NCBI GenBank assembly: GCA_029259775.1
Contig: JAJDEN010000020.1
Location: 78,846-142,845 of the forward strand
Direction of reading: 5' to 3'
Origin: Planctomycetota bacterium
GTDB lineage: Bacteria > Planctomycetota > PLA2 > JAEUHO01
DNA: 64,000 nt
The notes under the pieces are model-generated. The model did not search any database, was not told where the DNA came from, and saw only the letters and a list, made by a program, of their open reading frames with translations. Numbering within the stretch: position 1 is the stretch's first letter; each line of letters begins with the position of its first letter. The position numbers and the translations under genes were made by a program. Shown in pieces: positions 35,908 to 45,814 of the stretch.

Positions 35908-38509
35908 CTACGCTCTCTGGCTCTGATGACCAACGCGCCTCGAGCTTCTCCATGCGCCCGATCAGCGTCGCGTTCTGCTTGCGTAGCTTCTCCAGGTCGT
36001 CCGACATGCGCGCGACCTCGGGTGCGCGGCCACCGGCCTTGCCCAGCCGCAGGGACGCGGCCTTCGCCTCGCGGCGCACGCGGCCGTCCGGATGGCGCGC
36101 GGGCGCGCCGGCCAGGATGCCGACGCCGCGAGGATCGCCGATGGCTCGCAGGGCCGCAGCCGCGGAGATCACGATGCGGAGGTCGGACTCCTCGCTGCGA
36201 TCGGCGAGGGTCTCGAGGATCGGCTCCCGAAGGGCCATGCGCTGGCCGACCGCACCCAGCGCGCGGATCGCCGCGGCGCGCAGGCGCGGATGCCGGCCGT
36301 AGGCGCTGGCGCTCGTGATGGCGTCGACCACGTCCTCGCTGCCCAGCGCGGCGAGGCCCTGCACGCAGCCGATCCGAATCGCCTCGGCCCAGGCGTCCTT
36401 GCTCTCGAGAGCGGCGAGCAGCGCCGCCTTGGCACCCGCAGCACGCGTGCGGCCGAGCGCCGTCGCGGCCGCGGCCTCGACGAACTGCGACGCATCGCCG
36501 TTCTCCAAGACGCCGGCGAGCGCCGCGCCGGCGACGTCGTCGTGTCGGAACGCGCCGAGCGCGATCACCAGGCCCTTGCGGGACTTCGGATCCTCGCACG
36601 TGCCCAGCGCAGCAATGAGCGCGTCCCGCGCAGCCATCGTGCGCATGCCGGAGAGAGCCTTGGCGCACTCCGCGGCCAGCCCGTGGAAGGCGGTCGGAAG
36701 CTCGGCGGCGAGCGCCGCGACGTTCTCGGGTGTCGGCTCCTCCGTGAGCGCGTGCGCCGCGCGGATGCGGGCCGCCAGCGGCGCGTCGCTTGCGAGCGTC
36801 GCACGGCTGGCCTTCGCCGGCTGCTCGAGCTTGATCACGGCCAAGAGGTCGCCGTCGGGATCGACCTCGACGCGCGCCGGCTCGTTCTCGAGCGCCACAT
36901 GGAACGTGTGGTCGCGCCGGGTCATGGGGAAGCTGTTCTCGCAGCGCGTGCCGTCCTGCGCCGTGACGTGCACGTCCACGTTCGCGCGGAAGACGTCGAC
37001 CATCTCGTCTCCGGTCTTCTGGGTCTGCGTCACGGTGACCGCCAGGAGCTTCGTCGCGGCGTCCCAGGCGTAGGACACCGTGAGCTCCGGATGGCCGGCG
37101 TGATAGACCCACTGGTCCAGGAACCAGTCGAGATTCCGTCCCGTGGCCGCCTCGATGGCGACCCGCAGATCCTCGGTGACGACGCTCCCGCCCCGGTTCA
37201 GCTCGGCGTAGGTCGTGATGGCGCGCCAGAACGCGTCCTCACCGAGCTCCCTGCGCAGCATGTGCAGCACGCAGCTGCCCTTCTCGTAGAGGTGGTGATC
37301 GAAGAGGTCGATCGGCTCCTCGAAGCGGCGATCGACGATCGCGCGGCGGTACTCGCCGGCGTCCTCGGTCCGGTAGTTGGCAGCCTGCTGGAAGCGCTCC
37401 CACGCCGCGGAATCCGGGCCCTCGGCATGCTCCTTCCAGACGACCTGCGTCCACGTGGCAAAGCCCTCGTTGAGCCAGGCGTGCGGCCACTCGCGGCACG
37501 TGAGCAGATCCCCCCACCACTGGTGGGCAAGCTCGTGAGCGATGAGGTCATCGAGGTCGAAGTCGAGCGCGGCCCGGTCGTCGTAGAGCACGAGATCGAT
37601 CAGCGTGGTCGCCGACGTGTTCTCCATGCCGCCGAAGATGAAGTCCTCGACGACGACCTGCGCGTACTTCTCGTAGGGGTAGGGCACGCCGAAGCGCTCG
37701 CTGAGATGCTTGACCATCTCGGCGGTACGACCGAAGGCGCGCTCGGCGATGGCGCGCCGGCCCTTGGGCACGTAGGCCGTGAGCGGGACGGGGTCGTCGC
37801 CGAGGACCAGCTCCTCGAACGCACCGACGCACAGTGTGACGAGGTAGGCACTGTGCTCGGCCTCCTGCGACCAATGCCACGTGACCGTGCCGTCGGCGTG
37901 CGTCGTCTTGCCCTGCAGCGCGCCGTTGCTGACGGCCGTGTACTTGGCGGGCACGCGCGCGAGGACCTCACTGGAGAACTTCTCCGTGGGATGGTCGAAC
38001 CCCGGAAACCAGTACCGGCTGTCCTCATCCTGGCCCTGGGTCCAGACCTGGTACGCCTTGTCGGGGTAGCCGGCGTCCGGATGGATGAAGTAGATGCCCC
38101 GGCGCGGGGTGCCGCTGTAGCGGACCGTGACCGTTCCGGACTCGTCGAACGCGAGCGCGTGCCGCAGGTCGATGTAGAGGTCTTCGCCATCCTGGCGGAA
38201 GGTGAGTTCGGCCCCGCTCTCGTCGCTGGCGCCCTCGATGGCCAACTCCCCCGCATGCAGGTGGAGGCGGGCCATGTCGTCGGACAGCGACGTGAAGTCG
38301 TGCGTGACGCTGCCCTCGATCGCGATGACCTCAGGGTCGAGCGCGATCTCGATGCGCGTGTGCCGGATGTCGGCGCTGCGGTCGGGCGCGTAGCGCCGCT
38401 CGGTGCCGGGGAACACGAACGGCTCGCGTCCACCCCCACCGGCGCTCATGCGGCGACGGCCGCAGCCAAACTCGAGGTGTCCGTAGGCGGCCATGAGCGT
38501 CTCCGTCAC
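35876..38509 (-). CDS. M1 family aminopeptidase with HEAT repeats and C-terminal coiled coil
   Basis: GGMENTS; HELAHQWWGD...WLNEGFA; LYEKGSCVLHMLR. Confidence 0.93.
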   Translation of the reverse strand: MTETLMAAYGHLEFGCGRRRMSAGGGGREPFVFPGTERRYAPDRSADIRHTRIEIALDPEVIAIEGSVTHDFTSLSDDMARLHLHAGELAIEGASDESGAELTFRQDGEDLYIDLRHALAFDESGTVTVRYSGTPRRGIYFIHPDAGYPDKAYQVWTQGQDEDSRYWFPGFDHPTEKFSSEVLARVPAKYTAVSNGALQGKTTHADGTVTWHWSQEAEHSAYLVTLCVGAFEELVLGDDPVPLTAYVPKGRRAIAERAFGRTAEMVKHLSERFGVPYPYEKYAQVVVEDFIFGGMENTSATTLIDLVLYDDRAALDFDLDDLIAHELAHQWWGDLLTCREWPHAWLNEGFATWTQVVWKEHAEGPDSAAWERFQQAANYRTEDAGEYRRAIVDRRFEEPIDLFDHHLYEKGSCVLHMLRRELGEDAFWRAITTYAELNRGGSVVTEDLRVAIEAATGRNLDWFLDQWVYHAGHPELTVSYAWDAATKLLAVTVTQTQKTGDEMVDVFRANVDVHVTAQDGTRCENSFPMTRRDHTFHVALENEPARVEVDPDGDLLAVIKLEQPAKASRATLASDAPLAARIRAAHALTEEPTPENVAALAAELPTAFHGLAAECAKALSGMRTMAARDALIAALGTCEDPKSRKGLVIALGAFRHDDVAGAALAGVLENGDASQFVEAAAATALGRTRAAGAKAALLAALESKDAWAEAIRIGCVQGLAALGSEDVVDAITSASAYGRHPRLRAAAIRALGAVGQRMALREPILETLADRSEESDLRIVISAAAALRAIGDPRGVGILAGAPARHPDGRVRREAKAASLRLGKAGGRAPEVARMSDDLEKLRKQNATLIGRMEKLEARWSSEPESVDGPASQSSPE

Positions 38510-39543
38510 TTGTCCTTGCGGTCGTCGGCGCGTTTCTTCTCGTCGTCGTCATGGTCGTCATGGTCGTGATCGTGGCCGTCGTCGTGCGCATGGCCGTGAC
38601 CACCGTCTTTGGCCTTGCCCTTGCGCGAGCCGCCCCCGGTGCCCTTGCCCGTGCCCTGGCCGGAGCCACCGCCCGTGCCCTTGCCGGTGTGGCTGCCGTC
38701 CTTGGACTTCGCGGGCCCATGCTGGTGCCCCGAGTGGTCGTGGTGGTCATGCGCACCGTGGCCGTGCCCGTCGTGGTCGTGGTCGTGGCCGGAGAGCTCG
38801 TGAACCGCGACCATCAGCCCGAGCCCGACCAGCAGCGCCAGGACCGTCGAGATCAGCTCCGTGCCGCGCGCACGCTTGCGCATCTCGGGGACGAGATCGG
38901 CGCACGCGATGTAGAGGAAGCCGCCCGCCGCGACCGGCACGAGGAACTGGGCAAGCCCATGGTCGCCCGCCGTAGCGAGTACGAATACGGCGCCGAGCAC
39001 GGCGGCCAGGCCGCTCAGGAGATTGAGCAGGATGGCCTTCTTGGCGCTGAAGCCGGCATGCAGCAACACACCGAAGTCACCGAACTCCTGCGGAATCTCG
39101 TGCAGCGCGACCGCGATGGTGGTCGCCAAGCCGGCTTCCGGGCTCACGAGCCACGCACCGGCGATGAGCATGCCGTCGATGAGGTTGTGGAGGCCGTCGC
39201 CGATCAGATTCATCCAGCCGAAGCTGTGGATGCCGTGCGGACCATGGTCGTGCACGTCCTCACCATGGTGGTGCCAGTGCAGCACACCCTCGATGAGGAA
39301 GAAGCCGAGCAGCCCCGCAAGGACGCCGTAGGCGATCGTCGCGGTGAAGCCGCCCTGCTCCGCGACCGCGTGCGGCAGGAGATGCAGGAAGGTGTCGCCG
39401 AGCAGGGCTCCCGCGGCGAGCGCAATGAGCAGCGGCAGCAGGGACTTCACCCAACCGCGACCAAGCAGCACGAGGGCGCCGAGGACGGACAGCAGGCTGA
39501 TGGCCGTGACGGCCGTGAGGACGGGGATGGTTTCGGAGGGCAT
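38506..39543 (-). CDS. ZIP-family metal transporter with His/Gly/Lys-rich C-terminal tail
   Basis: GDTFLHLLPH; DGLHNLIDG; HEIPQEFGDF; GGFLYIA. Confidence 0.92.
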   Translation of the reverse strand: MPSETIPVLTAVTAISLLSVLGALVLLGRGWVKSLLPLLIALAAGALLGDTFLHLLPHAVAEQGGFTATIAYGVLAGLLGFFLIEGVLHWHHHGEDVHDHGPHGIHSFGWMNLIGDGLHNLIDGMLIAGAWLVSPEAGLATTIAVALHEIPQEFGDFGVLLHAGFSAKKAILLNLLSGLAAVLGAVFVLATAGDHGLAQFLVPVAAGGFLYIACADLVPEMRKRARGTELISTVLALLVGLGLMVAVHELSGHDHDHDGHGHGAHDHHDHSGHQHGPAKSKDGSHTGKGTGGGSGQGTGKGTGGGSRKGKAKDGGHGHAHDDGHDHDHDDHDDDEKKRADDRKDK

Positions 39544-39559
39544 CGGCTCTCTTCGTGGT

Positions 39560-42500
39560 CTAGAGGTTGCGGCGGTACTTGCCGCCGACCTCGTAGAGCG
39601 CATTCGTGATCTGCCCCAGCGATGCGTGGCGCACGGTTGACATCAGTTCCTCGAAGACGTTGCCGCCCGCGCGAGCGACTTCCTTCAGGCGTACGAGCGC
39701 GGCCGCGGTATCGCCGGCGTGTTCGGCCTGGAACGACGCGAGGTGATCGAGCTGGGTCTGCTTCTCCTCCGTCGTCGCCCGGGTGAGCTCGGCGACGGCG
39801 GGGGTCATGTCCTCGGCGTCGTCCGGCAGGAAGGTGTTGACGCCGATGATGGGCAGCGAGCCGTCGTGCTTGCGCTGCTCGTAGTAGAGGCTCTGGCTCT
39901 GGATCTCGCCGCGCTGGTATTGCGTCTCCATCGCGCCGAGCACACCGCCACGGTCGTTGATGCTCAGGAACTCGTCCAGCACGGCACCCTCGACGAGATC
40001 GGTCAGATGATCGACGAAGTAGCTGCCCTGGAGCGGGTTCTCGCTCTTGAGCCAGCCGAGCTCGCTCGTGTTGATGAGCTGGACGGCCATCGCGCGGCGC
40101 ACGCTCTCCTCGGTCGGGGTCGTGATGGCCTCGTCGTAGGCGTTCGTGTGCAGCGAGTTGCAGTTGTCCTGCAACGCGAGCAGCGCCTGCAGGGTCGTGC
40201 GGATGTCGTTGAACTGGATCTCCTGCGCGTGCAGGGAACGTCCGCTCGTCTGGATGTGGTACTTCAGCTTCTGGCTGCGCCGGTTGCCGCCGTAGCGCTC
40301 GCGCATCGCCACCGACCAGATCCGCCGGGCGACGCGACCGATGACCGTGTACTCGGGATCGAGTCCGTTGCTGAAGAAGAAGGACAGGTTCGGCGCGAAC
40401 TCGTCGATGTGCATCCCGCGCGCGAGGTAGTACTCGACGAGGGTGAAGCCATTGGCGAGGGTGAAGGCCAGCTGGCTGATCGGATTCGCCCCGGCTTCGG
40501 CGATGTGGTACCCGCTGATCGACACGCTGTAGTAGTTGCGCACCTTCTTGCGGATGAAGTACGCCTGGATGTCGCCCATCATCTTCAGCGCGAAGTCCGT
40601 GCTGAAGATGCAGGTGTTCTGGGCCTGGTCCTCCTTGAGGATGTCGGCCTGCACGGTCCCGCGCACCATCATGAGCGTGCGGTCGCGAATGCTCGTCCAC
40701 TCGTCGGGGGTCGGAGCGCGCCCCTGCTCCTTCTCGAAGGCCGCCGTCTGCTGGTCGGTGGCGGCATTGAGGTACATCGCGAGAATGATCGGCGCCGGGC
40801 CGTTGATCGTCATCGACACCGAGGTGTTGCGATCGCACAGATCGAAGCCGCTGTAGAGGATGCGCATGTCGGCGAGCGTGCAGACCGACACGCCGCTCTC
40901 CCCCACCTTGCCGTAGATGTCCGGCCTCAGGTGCGGGTCCTCGCCGTACAGCGTGACCGAGTCGAACGCCGTAGAGAGCCGTGTTGCCCGCGCGCCGCTC
41001 GAGAGGTAGTGGAAGCGCTTGTTCGTCCGCGCGGGCGTGCCCTCGCCGGCGAACTGGCGCTTCGGATCCTCGTCGACGCGCTTGAAGGGGAAGACGCCGG
41101 CCGTGTAGGGGAACTCGCCGGGCACGTTCTCGAGCAGCAGGAAGCGCAACGCGGCGCCGGGCTCGTCGATGGCCGGCAGGGTCACCTTGGGAATGCGAAG
41201 TCCCGAGAGGGACTCGGTGGTCGCGCGCGCGGTCAGCGGGTGGCCGCGGACCTCGTAGACGATCTCGTCGCCCGCGTACTTCGTTCGCATGGCGGGCCAG
41301 GCGGCGAGCAACTCGGCCGCGCGCGGGTCCAGGCGCTTGCGGGCACGCTCGAGGGCTGCTTCCAGGCCCGGGCGTGCCGTCTCGTCCTCGATCAAGGCGA
41401 GCGCGCCCTCGAGGTGAGCGACGTCGCGGGCGAGCTGCCCCTGTTGGTCGGCCCAGGCGCGGTAGTCGCGCACCGAACGCACGATCTCGGCCAGGTAGCT
41501 GGTGCGGTCCGCCGGGATGATCGCGCCGTGCGTCTCGCCGTTGCGCTCCGCGGCGGACGGCGGCAGACGGAACGGGGGCGCCTTGCCTCCGAGGGCGCCG
41601 GCGCGCAGGGCCAGCGCGCGGAAGAGATCGTCGACGCCGCGGTCGCAGAAGCGGCTTGCCACCGTGCCGAAGACGCCGAGGTCTTCCTCGGGCGCCTCGA
41701 AGGCCTTGCGGTTGCGCCGGACCTGCTTGCGCACGTCGCGCAGTGCGTCCGCGCCGCCGCGTCGGTCGCTCTTGTTGACGGCCACGAGGTCCGCGTAGTC
41801 GAGCATGCCGATCTTCTCGAGCTGCGAGGCGGCGCCGTACTCCGGCGTCATCACGTAGAGCGAGAGGTCGGAGAGTTGGCTGACCTCGGTGTCCCCCTGC
41901 CCGATACCGCTGGTCTCGACGATCACCCAGTCGAAGCCGGCGAGACGGCAGAAGCGCACCGCGTCTTCGGTGGCCTCGGACAGCTCGCCGCGCGCGCCGC
42001 GCGTAGCGAAGCTGCGCATGTAGGCGCGCGGATGCGGCAGCGAGTTCATGCGGATGCGGTCGCCGAGCAGCGCGCCGCCGGTCTTGCGGCGGGACGGATC
42101 GACGCTGATCACCGCGACGGTCGCGTCGTCGCTCAGCTCGAGGAACCGCAGGACGAGCTCATCGACGAGCGAGGACTTGCCCGCGCCCCCTGTGCCGGTG
42201 ACCCCGATCACGGGCGCGCGCTCGTTCTGGGGGATCTGATCCACGGCCAGGCGCAGGGCGCCGCCCAGCGGCGTGTCGCCGAAGCCCTCCTTCTCCGCGG
42301 CCGTCAGGCACTGGGCCAGCAAGCGCTGGTCGCTCGCGCTGACGTCGGGCAGCGTCGGCGAAGCCGTGTCGATCACGCTCGGCAGCGGGACCGCGGCCTC
42401 CTCGAGCATGATGTCGATCATGCCCTGCAGGCCCATCTTGCGACCGTCCTCGGGCGTGAAGATCCGCGTGACGCCCGCGGCGTGCAGCGCCGCGACCTCC

Positions 42501-42823
42501 TCGGGCACGATGACGCCCCCGCCGCCGCCGAACAGCTTGATGTGCTCGGCGCCGCCCTCTCTCAGGAGCTCGAGGGCATAGCGGAAGTACTCGTTGTGGC
42601 CGCCCTGGTAGGACGAGATGGCAATGCCCTGGGCATCCTCGGCGATCGCGGCGCGGACGACCTCGTTGACCGAGCGGTTGTGGCCCAGGTGGATCACCTC
42701 GGCGCCGGAGTCCTGCAGGATGCGGCGCATGATGTTGATGGCGGCGTCGTGGCCGTCGAACAACGAGGCGGCAGTCACGAACCGCACAGGCTGGGCGCAG
42801 ACGGGGGTGACGGTGTCGCTCAT
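39560..42823 (-). CDS. icmF: fused isobutyryl-CoA mutase/GTPase
   Basis: N-terminal B12-binding DGHDAAINIMRR; MeaB-like GTGGAGKSS; mutase domain FAGEGTPARTN...QTSGRSLHAQE. Confidence 0.95.
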   Translation of the reverse strand: MSDTVTPVCAQPVRFVTAASLFDGHDAAINIMRRILQDSGAEVIHLGHNRSVNEVVRAAIAEDAQGIAISSYQGGHNEYFRYALELLREGGAEHIKLFGGGGGVIVPEEVAALHAAGVTRIFTPEDGRKMGLQGMIDIMLEEAAVPLPSVIDTASPTLPDVSASDQRLLAQCLTAAEKEGFGDTPLGGALRLAVDQIPQNERAPVIGVTGTGGAGKSSLVDELVLRFLELSDDATVAVISVDPSRRKTGGALLGDRIRMNSLPHPRAYMRSFATRGARGELSEATEDAVRFCRLAGFDWVIVETSGIGQGDTEVSQLSDLSLYVMTPEYGAASQLEKIGMLDYADLVAVNKSDRRGGADALRDVRKQVRRNRKAFEAPEEDLGVFGTVASRFCDRGVDDLFRALALRAGALGGKAPPFRLPPSAAERNGETHGAIIPADRTSYLAEIVRSVRDYRAWADQQGQLARDVAHLEGALALIEDETARPGLEAALERARKRLDPRAAELLAAWPAMRTKYAGDEIVYEVRGHPLTARATTESLSGLRIPKVTLPAIDEPGAALRFLLLENVPGEFPYTAGVFPFKRVDEDPKRQFAGEGTPARTNKRFHYLSSGARATRLSTAFDSVTLYGEDPHLRPDIYGKVGESGVSVCTLADMRILYSGFDLCDRNTSVSMTINGPAPIILAMYLNAATDQQTAAFEKEQGRAPTPDEWTSIRDRTLMMVRGTVQADILKEDQAQNTCIFSTDFALKMMGDIQAYFIRKKVRNYYSVSISGYHIAEAGANPISQLAFTLANGFTLVEYYLARGMHIDEFAPNLSFFFSNGLDPEYTVIGRVARRIWSVAMRERYGGNRRSQKLKYHIQTSGRSLHAQEIQFNDIRTTLQALLALQDNCNSLHTNAYDEAITTPTEESVRRAMAVQLINTSELGWLKSENPLQGSYFVDHLTDLVEGAVLDEFLSINDRGGVLGAMETQYQRGEIQSQSLYYEQRKHDGSLPIIGVNTFLPDDAEDMTPAVAELTRATTEEKQTQLDHLASFQAEHAGDTAAALVRLKEVARAGGNVFEELMSTVRHASLGQITNALYEVGGKYRRNL

Positions 42824-42903
42824 GGGGGCCGCACAACGTACCGGCCCGACGCCATGGGCTCAATCCAGGGCGGGGGGGGCGTACGGGCGCGCAAGGCCTG
42901 ATT

Positions 42904-43407
42904 TCAGGCCTCAGGCGGGGCGTGGCTCTCGTCGGTGACGGGTCCGACGACCACGGCGACCAGATGCGGCAGGGCCCTGGCGACGAAGCGAAAGCACGCG
43001 ACGGCGCCCTGGGGGCGCCCTGGCAGGTTCACGACGACCGCGCGGCCCGCGATGACCCCCGCCGTCGCCCGGCTGCCAAGGGCGTGGATCGTGCTGTCGA
43101 CGCTCCGGCGGCGCATCTCCTCGCCGAGACCGGGGATCTCGAAATCAACGACTTCGAGGGTTGCCTCGGGCGTCACATCCCGAGGGCCGACACCCGTCCC
43201 GCCCGTCGTGAGGACGAGCGGCGCGAGGCCCGCGGATGCGAGGAGGGCGGCCGCGATGGCCGCCCGCTCATCCGCCACCGTGCGCACGTCGACCAGATCG
43301 AACCCGGCCTCGGTCAGCACCGGTCGCAGCAGGTCGGCCGTCTCGTCGGCGCGCTCGCCGGACGCGGCTCGATCGCTGATCACGAGGAGGCTCGTCTTCA
43401 CGCTCAT
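42904..43407 (-). CDS. MogA/MoaB molybdopterin adenylyltransferase
   Basis: VISDRA..GERAD; TTGGTGVGPRDVTPEAT; NLPGRP. Confidence 0.9.
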   Translation of the reverse strand: MSVKTSLLVISDRAASGERADETADLLRPVLTEAGFDLVDVRTVADERAAIAAALLASAGLAPLVLTTGGTGVGPRDVTPEATLEVVDFEIPGLGEEMRRRSVDSTIHALGSRATAGVIAGRAVVVNLPGRPQGAVACFRFVARALPHLVAVVVGPVTDESHAPPEA

Positions 43408-44615
43408 ACCACCCCCTCGGGATGCACGCCCTCCTGGGCGAGGATGCCCAGCACCCATTCGTACTCGCGCGCCAGCGCCTCGACGAGGTCGAAGCCCGAG
43501 CCGGCCGCGCGCTCCGCGTCAGGCAGCACGTCCCACGTGTAGGTCTCGATCTCGATGTGATCGGTCAGGCCGTCGCGGGCGGTGGCACGCAGCGCCCGCT
43601 CCAGATCGGGCTGCGTCGTGCGCAGGGGCCCCACGCCTTCGTGCCGGAACACCGGCACGTGGAAGTGGCTGCGCCACGGGCCGCGCGCCTGCCAGACCGG
43701 ATCGTCAAGCACCACGCCGAGGTCGTCAGCGACGTGCACGACGCCGTCCTCGTCCCGGGCGCTCACCTGATGCAGGTACACGGGCTCGTCGAACGCGGCG
43801 AGGGCCGCGCGCCCGTCCGCGTCGGTCGGATCGGGAAGCTCGAGCGCGCACGAAGCCTGCAGCTTCGCGACGGCGATGCCGTCGGCCGCGAGCGCCGCGA
43901 GGTTGGCCTCGACGTCTTCCCACTCGACGGCCTGGTGGCAGACGTCGTAGCAGACGCCGATGTGCGCCTTCAACTCGGGCGCGTCCGCCAACACGTCGGC
44001 GAGGGGCCCCGCGAAGAACGCGCGCAGCTCCGCGGTGGTCTCGAGCGTGCAGCCGGGCTCGGGCTCGATGCCCAGCGTGATGTGCTTGCCCGTGTTGCGT
44101 GCGGTCTGATGCAGCCCACGTAGTACGCCGAGGAGGTTGCGCGCGCAGGTGCGCTGCTCGTCGGCGCCGCCGCCCCAGCCCTTCCAGGAGAGCGGGGACG
44201 TGCTGAGCGAGAGGCGCTCGGCACCGGACGGCAGCAGCGCCAGCACGGTGGCGAAGGCCTGTGTGTAGGCCGCGCGCGGCAGCTCGGTCCACGCAGGCCT
44301 GTAGACCTCGTCCTTCAGCGGCTTGCCATGGAAGTCGCCGTGGACGAACGCGTTGCCGCTGAAGATGTGCAGATCGTGCGCTTCGAGGAGATCAGGCAGA
44401 CCGCCCAGGCCCCCGGGGTCGCGCAGCAGCTCGGCGATGCCCGCCCAGCTCCAGCGCACCGCGAGGCCGAAGGGGCCCTCGACGCCCAGCCGCTGGCGTA
44501 GCGGCAGCACGGTGTCGTGGATCGCGTCGCGCGTGGAGGCGGCGTCGCCGCCCGGGTGGACGTTCATCCCGTAGGCGAGCCAGAGGGTCCGGCCGTCGGA
44601 GGTGGTGAGGCGCAC
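43404..44615 (-). CDS. eboE: metabolite traffic protein EboE (TIM barrel)
   Basis: LAYGMNVHPG; GDFH..KDEVYRPAW; EPEPGC; CYDVCHQAVE; YLHQ; WRSHFHVP; EIETYTWDVLP. Confidence 0.9.
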   Translation of the reverse strand: MRLTTSDGRTLWLAYGMNVHPGGDAASTRDAIHDTVLPLRQRLGVEGPFGLAVRWSWAGIAELLRDPGGLGGLPDLLEAHDLHIFSGNAFVHGDFHGKPLKDEVYRPAWTELPRAAYTQAFATVLALLPSGAERLSLSTSPLSWKGWGGGADEQRTCARNLLGVLRGLHQTARNTGKHITLGIEPEPGCTLETTAELRAFFAGPLADVLADAPELKAHIGVCYDVCHQAVEWEDVEANLAALAADGIAVAKLQASCALELPDPTDADGRAALAAFDEPVYLHQVSARDEDGVVHVADDLGVVLDDPVWQARGPWRSHFHVPVFRHEGVGPLRTTQPDLERALRATARDGLTDHIEIETYTWDVLPDAERAAGSGFDLVEALAREYEWVLGILAQEGVHPEGVV

Positions 44616-44655
44616 GGGCGGCAGCGTACCGCGAGCGCCCGCGTAGGATGCCTGC

Positions 44656-45627
44656 ATGCGCCGCCTCCTCCCGCTTCTGCTCTTGCTCCTCGCGGCCTGC
44701 GGCGACGAGCGCGCTGGAGGCCCCCCGCCGGACGAGCTGCCGGGCGATCCCGAGGAGGCGCTCGCCTGGGTGCGCGCAGCGGAGGATGACGACGCGGAGC
44801 TACGCCGACGCCTCGGCCTCTGGCGCTTCGACGGCGACTTCGAGTCCATGCCGGAGACGCAGCAAGCGGTGACGTGGCGCCTGCAGCTGGCGCTGCGTGC
44901 CGGCGACGTCGAGGCGGCCGCCGAGGACGTCGAGCTGCTGGAGGAACACTTCGACGGGCAAGGGGAACATCCAGAGGGACGCGAGTTCACGTCGGACGCG
45001 ATCCGCCTCGGTGTGTTCGAGGAGGCCTTGAACGAGGCGCGGCGGCGCAGCGAGGGCCCGAAGCCGGACGCGAGGGCCGCGCGCAGCGCCCTGGACGTCG
45101 CACGGGCACAGCTGCACGACGGCGACGTCGAAGACCTCGCCCGGCTGGCGGGCATCTCCGCGTGGGTCCGGAGCGGCCGGGGCGTCAAGCTCCTCACGCG
45201 GCTCGGCTCCGACGCCCCCATCAGCCCCAAGGTGGACGCCACCCTCGTCCTGATCGTGGACGACTTCAGCTTGGGCGAAGGCATGTTGACGGAGGTCTTG
45301 AAGCAGTGGACGCGTGACCACGCCGAGCGCCGCTTCGACCGCGTGCTGGTGCCGCTGCTGCGGGGTCAAGTGCGCATGGGCCTGCGCTTGGTCCCGGTGG
45401 AGGACGAGGCAGAGGAGCTGGCCTCGTTCGCGACGCGTGCGAAGGACATCGGCCTCGCGCAGGAGACGCCGATCCCGGCGACGGCCCTACGCAAGCTCGG
45501 CCTCGACGTCGGGGACGCGGCCATCCTCCTGCTGGACCGCCAGGGCCGCATCGCGGCGCGCCTCTCGGGTCGCGGGCTCGACCTGCGCACGCTCGAGCCC
45601 GTACTCCAGAAGCTCCTCACGCGCTGA
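44656..45627 (+). CDS. hypothetical lipoprotein (helical N-terminus, possible Cys-less thioredoxin-like C-terminus)
   Basis: Lipobox LLAAC; AILLLDRQGRIAAR resembles the TlpA C-terminal hairpin. Confidence 0.6.
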   Translation: MRRLLPLLLLLLAACGDERAGGPPPDELPGDPEEALAWVRAAEDDDAELRRRLGLWRFDGDFESMPETQQAVTWRLQLALRAGDVEAAAEDVELLEEHFDGQGEHPEGREFTSDAIRLGVFEEALNEARRRSEGPKPDARAARSALDVARAQLHDGDVEDLARLAGISAWVRSGRGVKLLTRLGSDAPISPKVDATLVLIVDDFSLGEGMLTEVLKQWTRDHAERRFDRVLVPLLRGQVRMGLRLVPVEDEAEELASFATRAKDIGLAQETPIPATALRKLGLDVGDAAILLLDRQGRIAARLSGRGLDLRTLEPVLQKLLTR

Positions 45628-45669
45628 ACGCGGGGGACGCAGGGCCTTGCCCCGGCACCTGGGTCACGT

Positions 45670-45750
45670 GGGCGGCCACAAGGGCCGCCCCTACCCGTAA
45701 GGGCGCACGACAGAGGCAGCGTCCCGGGCGGCCACAAGGGCCGCCCCTAC
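45670..45750 (-). repeat. REP doublet (GTAGGGGCGGCCCTTGTGGCCGCCC x2)
   Basis: Identical 25-nt GTAG-headed palindromes at 45670-45694 and 45726-45750. Confidence 0.9.
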
Positions 45751-45814
45751 ATCGGGCCTTGTCCCGTCCTGGCGCCACATGTGGTTCAATTCCGAACCTG
45801 GCAGCCGCTGGCGA

